DNA of 64,000 nucleotides from an uncultured Bacillota bacterium (GTDB taxonomy: Bacteria; Sysuimicrobiota; Sysuimicrobiia; Sysuimicrobiales; Segetimicrobiaceae). Positions 20,607-28,618 of the stretch are shown one piece after another; the first letter of the stretch is position 1; every line of letters begins with the position of its first letter. A program made the position numbers and the translations under genes. Below the pieces are notes generated by a model that was not told where the DNA came from, did not search any database, and worked only from the letters and a program-made list of their open reading frames with translations. Location: assembly GCA_963804645.1 (NCBI GenBank), contig CAWDRG010000015.1:64001-128000 (forward strand), in the 5' to 3' direction.

Positions 20607-21238
20607 ACGAGCACGCGGCACGGGAGCATCTCGCGCGGCTTGGCGCCGCGCTGTACGCCCGCGGATTGGCGCCCGGAAGCTCCGGCAATCTGAGCGTCCG
20701 GATCGGCGACGGGTACCTCGTGACCCCCACCAACTCGTGTCTCGGCCGGCTCGACCCCGCCGCGATCTCCAAGCTCGACGCCGGGGGGCGCCCGGTCTCC
20801 GGCGATCCCCCCTCGAAAGAGGCCGTGCTGCACCTGTCGGTGTACGGCGTGCGTCCGTCGAGCGGCGCCGTGGTCCACCTCCACAGCCCGTATGCGGTCG
20901 CGCTGTCCTGCCTCGCCGACGTGGATCCCGCCGACGTGCTGCCGGCGATCACCCCGTACTACGTGATGCGCGTCGGCACGCTCCCGCTCGTCCCGTACCA
21001 CCGGCCGGGCGACCGCGCGCTCGCGGACGCCGTGGGATCGGTGATGGGGACGCACAGCGCGGCGCTCCTCGCGAACCACGGCTCGGTCGTCGCCGGCGCG
21101 TCGCTGGACGAGGCCGTGTACGCGGCGGAGGAACTCGAGGAGACCGCGAAGTTGTTCTTCGTGCTGCGCGGGTGCGCCACGCGATACCTGACCGCCGGCC
21201 AGATCGCCGAGCTGCATCGGACGTTTCCGAGGGTGTGA
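20603..21238 (+). CDS. otnC: 3-oxo-tetronate 4-phosphate decarboxylase (class II aldolase family)
   Basis: GSSGNLS, TPTNSCLG, PSKE..LH, VHLHS, TPYYVM, LLANHG, EELEETAKL; ATGA overlap with otnK. Confidence 0.88.
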   Translation: MNEHAAREHLARLGAALYARGLAPGSSGNLSVRIGDGYLVTPTNSCLGRLDPAAISKLDAGGRPVSGDPPSKEAVLHLSVYGVRPSSGAVVHLHSPYAVALSCLADVDPADVLPAITPYYVMRVGTLPLVPYHRPGDRALADAVGSVMGTHSAALLANHGSVVAGASLDEAVYAAEELEETAKLFFVLRGCATRYLTAGQIAELHRTFPRV

Positions 21239-21257
21239 GGGGAGGGACGGGGACTGT

Positions 21258-22499
21258 ATGAACATGGCGGGACCTGCGACCGTGTTCCGGTGCGGCGCGC
21301 TGCTGGACGGCGTCGCCCCGCTTCAGCGCGACGTCGCCGTCACGGTCGCGGAGGGGCGGATCACCGAGGTCGGCCCGTGGCATCAAGCCCGGCGTTCGGG
21401 CGCGTCCGTCGTGGACGCGGGTCCGCTGACCGTGATGCCGGGGCTGTTCGACTGTCACGACCACCTGGCGACCCCGCCGCGCAGCCTCGTGGAGCGCAGC
21501 GCGACGCCGCCGTCGCTGCACGTGCTCCGCGTGGCGGAGACCATGCGCGGCATGCTGCAGGCGGGATTCACGACGGTCCGCGATCTCGGAGGGCTCGACC
21601 TGGGTCTCAAGATGGCGGTGGAGGATGGCGTGTTGGCGGGCCCGCGCGTGCTCATTTGCCTGGCAATCCTCACGCAGACGGCCGGGCTGTCCGATTATAC
21701 GAACGCCGTCGGATTCCATACGGAGCTCCTGCGGCTGCCCGGGACCCCCGACGGTGTCTGCGACGGGGTGGATCAACTGCGGGTGACGACCCGGCGGTTG
21801 ATCCGCGGCGGCGCGGACTTCATTAAGATCGCGACCACCGGCGGGATCAGCTCACGAATCAGCGGGGTGCTGACGCGGGAGTTTACGTTCGAGGAGGTTC
21901 GGGCCGTCGTGGACGAGGCGCGCGCGTTCGGCCGGCCCGTCGCGGCGCACGCGTACGGCGGCGAAGGTCTCAAGAACGCGCTGCGCGCCGGGGTCCACTC
22001 GGTGGAGCATCTCGGGCCGCTTGACGACGAGGACATCGCGATGATGGTGCGGCAGGGCACCTATCTCGTCCCGACCCTGCTCAATATGCGGGTGCGCCTC
22101 GAGATGGCGGCCGAGCCAGGGGCGCTGTCCCCGTACAACATCCAAAAAGCCGCGGAGATCGCGCCGCTGCAGAAGGAGGCGTTTGCCCGCGCGCACCGTG
22201 CCGGGGTCCGCATCGCGGCCGGCACGGACTCGCGGGGGTTGCGCCAGGGCGGGAACGCGCGAGAGTTGAGCCTGCTCGTGGAGTACGGGATGAGCCCCGC
22301 GCAGGCGATTGCCGCGGCGACCTCGGTCGCGGCGGGGTGCTGCAATGTCCCCGACACGGGGACGCTCCGGCCGGGCATGCGCGCGGATCTCATCGCGGTC
22401 GACGGCAATCCGCTGGACGACGTGGGCGTGCTGCAGGACGCGGACCGGATTCGGTTCGTGATGCGCGACGGCCGCGCGTACAAGAACCACACGGGGTGA
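21258..22499 (+). CDS. Metal-dependent amidohydrolase (Xaa-Pro dipeptidase-like subgroup)
   Basis: PGLFDCHDH, GFTTVRDLG, KIATTGG, AAHAYG, SVEH, AGTD, ADLIAVDGNPL. Confidence 0.9.
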   Translation: MNMAGPATVFRCGALLDGVAPLQRDVAVTVAEGRITEVGPWHQARRSGASVVDAGPLTVMPGLFDCHDHLATPPRSLVERSATPPSLHVLRVAETMRGMLQAGFTTVRDLGGLDLGLKMAVEDGVLAGPRVLICLAILTQTAGLSDYTNAVGFHTELLRLPGTPDGVCDGVDQLRVTTRRLIRGGADFIKIATTGGISSRISGVLTREFTFEEVRAVVDEARAFGRPVAAHAYGGEGLKNALRAGVHSVEHLGPLDDEDIAMMVRQGTYLVPTLLNMRVRLEMAAEPGALSPYNIQKAAEIAPLQKEAFARAHRAGVRIAAGTDSRGLRQGGNARELSLLVEYGMSPAQAIAAATSVAAGCCNVPDTGTLRPGMRADLIAVDGNPLDDVGVLQDADRIRFVMRDGRAYKNHTG

Positions 22500-22513
22500 G
22501 GAGGCGTACGGTC

Positions 22514-23323
22514 ATGGCGGGCGAGTTTTCGGGAAAGGTCGTCATTGTCTCGGGCGGGGCGCAGGGGCTCTGCAGCGTCATCCTGCGGCGGTTCGCGCAG
22601 GACGGGGCGCGTGCCGTCATCGCCGACATCGATCAGGAACGGGCCGAGGCCGGCGTGCGGGAGTTGGCCGCACGCGGGCTCGACGCGCGCTTCATCCGGA
22701 CGGATGTGCGCGAGAGTGCCCAGGTGGACGCGATGGTCGCCCGCGTCGTGGACGAGTGCGGGCGGGTCGACATCCTCGTCCACGGCGCCGGCGTGGGCGT
22801 GCACAAGGAGATCGTGGATCTCTCGGACGACGAGTGGGATCTGCAGATCGACGTGCAGCTGCGCGGCGCGTTTCTCTTGAGCCGCGCGGTCGGGCGCCGG
22901 CTGATCGCGCAGCAGCAGGGCGGCCGCATCATTCTGATCGGCTCCACCTCCGGGAACAACGCGCGCGTCCGGGGCGGCCCCCACGCGGCGTCGAAGGCCG
23001 GCGAGATCCAGCTGGCCCACGTGCTGGCGATGGAGATGGGGCGTCACGGGGTCACGGTCAACGTGGTGTCCCCGGGGCTGACCAACATCGCGGGGATCTC
23101 GCGGTCGGTGCAGACGCCGGAGTATCAGCGCGCGTTCATCGCGCAGGTGCCGCTCGGCCGACTCGCGGTCCCCGACGAGATCGCGGACGCGGTGCTGTTT
23201 TTCGCGTCCGACCGGGCGCGGTTTGTCACCGGGCAGGTGCTGTGCGTGGACGGCGGATACTCTGCCGGGAAGCTGGCGGTGCAGGGGCCGAGCGTGGACG
23301 CCTACTACGGGCAGGTACGGTAG
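22514..23323 (+). CDS. Short-chain dehydrogenase/reductase
   Basis: GKVVIVSGGAQG, G..DIL, HAASK, VNVVSPG, PLGR, TGQVLCVDGG. Confidence 0.9.
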   Translation: MAGEFSGKVVIVSGGAQGLCSVILRRFAQDGARAVIADIDQERAEAGVRELAARGLDARFIRTDVRESAQVDAMVARVVDECGRVDILVHGAGVGVHKEIVDLSDDEWDLQIDVQLRGAFLLSRAVGRRLIAQQQGGRIILIGSTSGNNARVRGGPHAASKAGEIQLAHVLAMEMGRHGVTVNVVSPGLTNIAGISRSVQTPEYQRAFIAQVPLGRLAVPDEIADAVLFFASDRARFVTGQVLCVDGGYSAGKLAVQGPSVDAYYGQVR

Positions 23324-23389
23324 CCCCGGTGGCCGGAGCAGCCCACGGTCGCGGATGGCGCAGATCTTGACGTGCTGGGCATCATCGCG

Positions 23390-23752
23390 CTAGGACACGA
23401 TACGCACACGCACGAGACAACCGGCGTGTCTGCCCAGGTAGATGTCCATGCCGCCGTCCGTATACGCCCAGGCAAGACGCGCGTACACGGCGTTGGTGAC
23501 GATCCAGGTGTTGTGATTCAACGTGGCACGAAATGGCAGACGGGGGATCGCCGATCGTTGCCCAAAATGTTGCATGAGATCTTGGCCGTACGTGCGATGC
23601 AGAAACCCGCTGGCCAGCTGGAGGGCCGTCGCTTCGTCCGGCACGTCGGGATGACACATGATGTGAGGGGCACCCGCGGTATGCCACAGGGCCGACAGCA
23701 GGAGCACGCCAATCGTCGACGTGACCGCCGCGACTCGTCTGAGCGTCGTCAT
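23390..23752 (-). CDS. Secreted small protein, paralogue C; resembles NTF2-fold immunity (YbbC/YhhH-like) proteins
   Basis: Signal-like N-terminus; CHPDVPDEATALQLA..FL..TYG...PFRATL..WIVTNAVY...DGG..IYLGRHAGC. Confidence 0.7.
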   Translation of the reverse strand: MTTLRRVAAVTSTIGVLLLSALWHTAGAPHIMCHPDVPDEATALQLASGFLHRTYGQDLMQHFGQRSAIPRLPFRATLNHNTWIVTNAVYARLAWAYTDGGMDIYLGRHAGCLVRVRIVS

Positions 23753-23869
23753 CGACGCGGGCCCGCATCGCGGGCGCTGGGACGTCTGTTGCGGCTCACG
23801 CCGGGTCCTGCGCCTCGTGGCCGACCGACCCACGTGTCCCCCACGCGGGGGCAGCCATCTTCTGAGACG

Positions 23870-24307
23870 TCACCCCACCACGTGGGTCCGAACGGTGCAC
23901 CCGGCGTGTTTGCCCACGTAAATCTCGATGCCCCCGTCTGAATAGGGCCACTGGGCCCGTGAATACACGGCGTTCGTCACAATCCATGCATCAGGATACA
24001 AGACGGCATCCATGCGCGCTCTATAGCTCGCCGCCGCCGGGGTGTCCCACGCCGCCGCGGTTCCCACTCGAAACGGGAGGTGCGGCACCGCCGATGTGGC
24101 GCCGAAATGTTGGGTGAGATCGTCTCCGTACTCTTGATGAAGGAAATTCGTGGCAAATTGGAGTGCGGCAGGCTCGTCTGGCAGGTCGGGGTGACACATG
24201 ACGTAGCTGTCCCACGTCTGGCTCCCCGTGGACACCCACGGGGCTGACAGCAGCAGTACTCCAACCACAGCCGAAATGAGAGCGATTTTCAGACCAACCG
24301 TGCTCAT
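23870..24307 (-). CDS. Secreted small protein, paralogue B
   Basis: GGGAGG RBS; signal-like N-terminus; same CHPDLPD / WIVTNAVY / DGGIEIYVGKHAGC blocks. Confidence 0.8.
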   Translation of the reverse strand: MSTVGLKIALISAVVGVLLLSAPWVSTGSQTWDSYVMCHPDLPDEPAALQFATNFLHQEYGDDLTQHFGATSAVPHLPFRVGTAAAWDTPAAASYRARMDAVLYPDAWIVTNAVYSRAQWPYSDGGIEIYVGKHAGCTVRTHVVG

Positions 24308-24418
24308 GTCAGCCTCCCAGCCCGCCGACAGGGCCTTTCAAGACATCAGCCCACTACATGCGTTCGGACGACGCATCCGGCGTGTTTCCCCACGTAAATC
24401 TCGATGCCCCCGTCTGAA
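23901..24418. repeat. Direct DNA repeat shared by paralogues A and B
   Basis: CCGGCGTGTTT(G/C)CCCACGTAAATCTCGATGCCCCCGTCTGAA at 23901-23942 and 24377-24418, one mismatch. Confidence 0.85.
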
Positions 24419-24753
24419 GCAACCCACTGGCGCCGGTCATACACCGCATTCGTGACAATCCACGTGTCGGGATAGTTGGCATCCATGAGGGTGTGACCGC
24501 TTGCCGCCGCCGGGGAGTCCCACGGCGCCGCGGTCCCCACTCGAAGGGCGCCGAAGCGGGAGAGATCGTTGCCGTACTCTTGACGAAGAAAACTCGTGGC
24601 GAACTGCAGTGCCGCGGCCTGGTCGGGCAGGTCAGGATGACACGTGACGAAGCTGTCCCACGACTGGCTGGCCGTGGACATCCACGGGGCTGAGAGCAGC
24701 AAGACGCCAAGGACAAGCGAGAGGGTGGCGACGTTCCAGTATCGCGTACTCAC
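24346..24753 (-). CDS. Secreted small protein, paralogue A
   Basis: GGGAGG RBS before GTG; same conserved blocks as paralogue B. Confidence 0.8.
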   Translation of the reverse strand: MSTRYWNVATLSLVLGVLLLSAPWMSTASQSWDSFVTCHPDLPDQAAALQFATSFLRQEYGNDLSRFGALRVGTAAPWDSPAAASGHTLMDANYPDTWIVTNAVYDRRQWVASDGGIEIYVGKHAGCVVRTHVVG

Positions 24754-24886
24754 GGACGCCTCCCGGTCGATCGGCGTGCGCACCCGCGCGGGGTGGGGCG
24801 TACCAGCCGTAATTCGTGTGCGTGGCGTGCGATCCTGCTAGTGCCCCGCGTCGCACGCGAGGACGGACCACGATCTCTGGCCGGAG

Positions 24887-26125
24887 CTAGTTCGGCTGTC
24901 CGAACACGAGGCACGCGTTGATGCCCCCAAACCCGAATGAGTTGCTGAGTACGTAGCGCGGCGAGAGCTCGCGTCCCGTCCCGGGGACGTAGTCGAGGTC
25001 GCACGCCGGGTCCGCCTCCTCGAGATTCAGCGTCGGCGGGATGTACCCGTGCCGCAGCGCGAGCAGGCACACCGCGGCTTCGATCGCGCCGCTGGCTCCC
25101 AGGGAGTGGCCGTGCATCGGCTTCGTGCCGCTGACGGGGATCGCGCGGGCGCGTTCACCGAACACGAGCTTGATCGCGAGCGTCTCCGTGACGTCGTTGA
25201 GCGGCGTGCTGCTCGCGTGGGCGTTCACGTAGTCGATCTGCTCGGGTCCGATCGAGGCCTCCACGAGCGCGCCGCGCATCGCGCGCGCCGCCTGGGTGCC
25301 CGACGGAAGCGGCGCCGTCATGTGGTGGGCGTCGTTCGAGTTGCCGTACCCGAGCACGGTGCCGTACGGCCGCGCCCCGCGCCGCCGCGCATGCTCGCGC
25401 TCCTCCAGGACGAGGATCGCCGCACCCTCGGCCATCACGAATCCGTCGCGGCCGCGGTCAAACGGCCGGCAGGCGCGGGCCGGCGCGTCGTTCCGCGTGG
25501 ACATCGCGCGGATGATGTCGAACGCGCCAAATGTGAGCGGGCCGAGCGGCGCTTCCACGCCGCCCGCCAGCATGACGTCGGCGTAGCCGTCCCGCACCGC
25601 CCGAAACGCGTTGCCGATCGCGATCGTCCCGCTCGAGCAGCTGTCGGAGTTGGCGCTGCTCGGCCCGCGGAGGTCGTGCTCGATCGCGATGTTGCAGGAG
25701 GCCGCGCCGCAGAATACCGAGAGCGCGAGGCTCGGCTTGATCCGGCGGACGCCCTGCGCGAGGAACACGCGGTGCTGTTCCTCCGCGAACGTCGCCCCGC
25801 CGAGCGCCGAGCCGACGAAGCACCCCGCGGCGTCGCGATTCTCGTCGGCGAGGTCGAGCCGGGCGTCGTCCAGCGCCATCCGGGCGCACGCAATGGCGAA
25901 CTGCGAATACCGGTCGAGCCGCCGCAGGCGCTTGGCGTCGGCGTACGCGGAGGGGTCGAAGTCGCGCACCTCGCCGGCGACGCGGCTGTTGAACGGGGTC
26001 GCGTCGAAGCGCGTGATGAGGTCGATCGCCGATCGCTCCCGCCGGAGCCCATCGTACAGGCCGGCGCTGCCGAGTCCGATCGGGGTCACCGCGCCGATGC
26101 CGCTGACGACGACCTCACGCCTCAT
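24887..26125 (-). CDS. Beta-ketoacyl-ACP synthase, FabF/KAS II-like ketosynthase
   Basis: Cys-His-His triad: SDSCSSG, NAHASST, GHSLGASG; PFDRGRDGFVMAEG; SNSFGFGG. Confidence 0.92.
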   Translation of the reverse strand: MRREVVVSGIGAVTPIGLGSAGLYDGLRRERSAIDLITRFDATPFNSRVAGEVRDFDPSAYADAKRLRRLDRYSQFAIACARMALDDARLDLADENRDAAGCFVGSALGGATFAEEQHRVFLAQGVRRIKPSLALSVFCGAASCNIAIEHDLRGPSSANSDSCSSGTIAIGNAFRAVRDGYADVMLAGGVEAPLGPLTFGAFDIIRAMSTRNDAPARACRPFDRGRDGFVMAEGAAILVLEEREHARRRGARPYGTVLGYGNSNDAHHMTAPLPSGTQAARAMRGALVEASIGPEQIDYVNAHASSTPLNDVTETLAIKLVFGERARAIPVSGTKPMHGHSLGASGAIEAAVCLLALRHGYIPPTLNLEEADPACDLDYVPGTGRELSPRYVLSNSFGFGGINACLVFGQPN

Positions 26126-26603
26126 CTCGCACCTCCAGGGATGCGGCGCGGTCTGGCCGGCCGGCGGCCTCCACGAGCCGCTTGAACCGGCCGAGCGTGC
26201 GCGCCGCGATCGGCTCCACGAACATCGGGCCGATGATCCAGCGCGCCACCGGGGCGCCGACGAATGGCCACGGGAGCGTCAGATCGTGCACGATCGTGAC
26301 CCGCACCTCGCCGGATGGGTCGGGCTCCAGCCGCCATTCGACTTCCATCCCGCGGGTGACGCCGCGCACGTGCGTGAACTGGATTCGGCGCTCCGCCGGC
26401 AGGACCCGCTGGCGTGCCCACCACCAGACCGGCACCCAGCCGCGGCGGGCCTTCATCTCGACCGTCCGCTCGGACCCGTGCGAGTCGAGGATGCGGACGC
26501 TTCGGTAATGCGGGAGCCACTCGGGCCAGCGCTCTACCTGCGCGGCGTAGGTGAAGATCGCGGCGGCGTCCCCGCGGATCCGCACCGTCGTCTCCGTGTG
26601 CAT
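26115..26603 (-). CDS. SRPBCC / polyketide cyclase-dehydrase (aromatase-like) protein
   Basis: IFTYAAQVERWPEWLPHYRSV, IQFTHV.G..RGMEVEWRL, IAARTL..FK. Confidence 0.82.
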   Translation of the reverse strand: MHTETTVRIRGDAAAIFTYAAQVERWPEWLPHYRSVRILDSHGSERTVEMKARRGWVPVWWWARQRVLPAERRIQFTHVRGVTRGMEVEWRLEPDPSGEVRVTIVHDLTLPWPFVGAPVARWIIGPMFVEPIAARTLGRFKRLVEAAGRPDRAASLEVRDEA

Positions 26604-26604
26604 C

Positions 26605-27810
26605 TCAGACGAGGCCCAGCGTCCGGGCGATGAAGCCCGGGCGCAGCACGGTCGCGGGCCGCGTGACGTTGCCGATCGCGGCGATCAGGGCGGTCCCGAG
26701 TTCAGGCTGGGCCCGGAGCCGCCGCACGACGGGGCCCGCGATCCCGGGACGGAACGCCAGCAGCTGCAGGATCCGGGAGATCACGAACACGCCCGTGAGC
26801 TCCCGCCGGGCGCGCTCGTAGACCGCGAGCGCCCGCCGGACCGGGCCGTCCCCGCCGAGCGCCCGCAGCACCGCGGCGGCGGCCAGCTCCGCACCGCGCA
26901 GCGCGAGGTACACTCCCTGGCCGGTGAGCGGGTCGACGTACGCGGCGGCGTCTCCCACGAGCACGATGCCGTCCGCGACGCACGACCGCCGCCAGTACGA
27001 GAGCGGCCCGCTTCCGGCGACGGCCCCCACCTGATGCGCGTGTGCGAGCCGGTCCGCGAGCGCCGGGAATGCGCGGAGGGACGTCCAGTACCACGCGTCG
27101 ATCGGGCCGTGATGCGACCGCAGGGCGCTGCGGTCGACCGCGACGGTCACATTTGCGAGGCCGCCGGGGAGATACGCGACCCCACAGTACCGGTCGGTTC
27201 CCAGGTGGACCTCGCCGACGTCCGGGTCGCGCCCCGCCCAGAGCGGCGCGAGTCCCTCGAGGTATCCTCCCACCGTATACCGTCCGCGCCGCGGCGCGCC
27301 GCCCGATCCGGCGATCCGCGCGACCGCCGACCGAAGGCCGTCCGCACCGACGACCAGAGACGCGCAGTACGTCTCGGGCGCCGCGCCGGGCCGATGGGTG
27401 ACGGCGACCCGGACGCGGCCCGATTCACGTGCGACGCCGACCACGCACGCGCCCTGAAAGACGCGCGTCCCGCACCGTTCCGCGTGCGCGAGCAGGATGT
27501 CGTCGAGCGTCCGGCGCGGCAGGTCCCAGCCGGCCCGCTGTTCGAACGGCAGGGTTACGCCGTCGCCCGTCGGGGCGACGAGATGCATGCCGCGCACCGC
27601 TCTGGCCCCCGAGGCGGCGACGGCGTCGCGCACCCCGAGCCGGGCGAGCGCGGCGTCGCACCCGGGATTGAGATAGTCGCCGCACGGCTTGCGCCGGGGA
27701 AACGTCGCGCGCTCGAACAGCGCGACCCGCACGCCGCGGCTCGCCAGCGATGCCGCGGTGGCGCTGCCGGCCGGGCCGCCGCCCACCACGATCACGTCGG
27801 CCGCCGGCAT
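26605..27810 (-). CDS. FAD-dependent oxidoreductase (geranylgeranyl reductase / aromatic hydroxylase family)
   Basis: DVIVVGGGPAG, FPRRKPCG, VGADG..S.VAR, LVGDAA..VDPLTGQG. Confidence 0.88.
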   Translation of the reverse strand: MPAADVIVVGGGPAGSATAASLASRGVRVALFERATFPRRKPCGDYLNPGCDAALARLGVRDAVAASGARAVRGMHLVAPTGDGVTLPFEQRAGWDLPRRTLDDILLAHAERCGTRVFQGACVVGVARESGRVRVAVTHRPGAAPETYCASLVVGADGLRSAVARIAGSGGAPRRGRYTVGGYLEGLAPLWAGRDPDVGEVHLGTDRYCGVAYLPGGLANVTVAVDRSALRSHHGPIDAWYWTSLRAFPALADRLAHAHQVGAVAGSGPLSYWRRSCVADGIVLVGDAAAYVDPLTGQGVYLALRGAELAAAAVLRALGGDGPVRRALAVYERARRELTGVFVISRILQLLAFRPGIAGPVVRRLRAQPELGTALIAAIGNVTRPATVLRPGFIARTLGLV

Positions 27811-28514
27811 CAGCCCGTCCGCTCCAGCGCCACGCGGAACAGCGGCAGCGGGGACACGCGGAGGCCGGGCACGCGGGCGGCATCGGCGAGCCGCCGGTAC
27901 TCGTCGGTCGAGCGCGCGCGCCGCACGGACAGCGGGCCGTCGTGGCGAATCATGCGGCTCCGGCTGAGCCGCGTCAGCAGCCACACGGCCGCGTAGCCGG
28001 TGGGGCTGCGCACCAAGTCCACGGCGAGAAACCCGATCCGCGCGACGCGGTCGAGGTCCCGCAGCACCTGCACGCTGTCGTCGGCGCTCAGATGATGAAG
28101 CGTCAGCGAGCAGAGCGCGACGTCGAAGCTGCGATCCGCGAACGGCAGCGCGCACGCATCGGCCCGGACCAGCCGAATCTCCGGGTGGCCGGCCAGCGCC
28201 TCGCGCGCGAGACGGACCGTCGTCGGATGCCGGTCGACGCCGACGATGCGCGCGCGTATCCCGCGGCGCGCCGCCCAGGCCGCCACGGCGATGGGGATAT
28301 CGGCGCCGCCGGTCGCGACGTCGAGGACGCGCAGCGGCGCGAGCGGATCGGTGAGGCCGGCCCGCCAGGCGGGCAGCATGCGGTCGAGATACGCGGCGAC
28401 GAACGCGTGGGCTCCGAAGCGGCCGTTGATCCGCCCGAGATCCCGCAGCGCCGCACGAAGCTCGCGCTCGGCGCAGGCCGGATCGTCCATGAGCTCGGGC
28501 GCGGTGGTCCGCAT
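27810..28514 (-). CDS. SAM-dependent methyltransferase
   Basis: ELMDD, LGRIN, VLDVATGGAD, DACALPF, LTLHH, DLVR, HDGPLSVRRA; TGATG overlap with the next gene. Confidence 0.88.
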   Translation of the reverse strand: MRTTAPELMDDPACAERELRAALRDLGRINGRFGAHAFVAAYLDRMLPAWRAGLTDPLAPLRVLDVATGGADIPIAVAAWAARRGIRARIVGVDRHPTTVRLAREALAGHPEIRLVRADACALPFADRSFDVALCSLTLHHLSADDSVQVLRDLDRVARIGFLAVDLVRSPTGYAAVWLLTRLSRSRMIRHDGPLSVRRARSTDEYRRLADAARVPGLRVSPLPLFRVALERTG

Positions 28515-28523
28515 CGGGGCCTC

Positions 28524-28532
28524 ATTATAGCA
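28524..28532 (-). promoter_or_regulatory. Extended -10 element for the methyltransferase-ketosynthase operon
   Basis: Reverse complement reads TGCTATAAT, 9 nt before the ATG at 28514. Confidence 0.6.
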
Positions 28533-28618
28533 AGCCTTCGGTCACGCCGCGGTCACACCGAAGGGGGCCGCGGCCGCGTCATCCAATAGATACACGCCGA
28601 ACGGGAGGAGCACGCGAC

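Noticed and set aside
23390..24753. CRISPR array or DGR template/variable repeats
   Set aside because: The repeats are coding paralogy with irregular spacing; there is no cas gene or reverse transcriptase in the window and no evident adenine-specific mismatch pattern.
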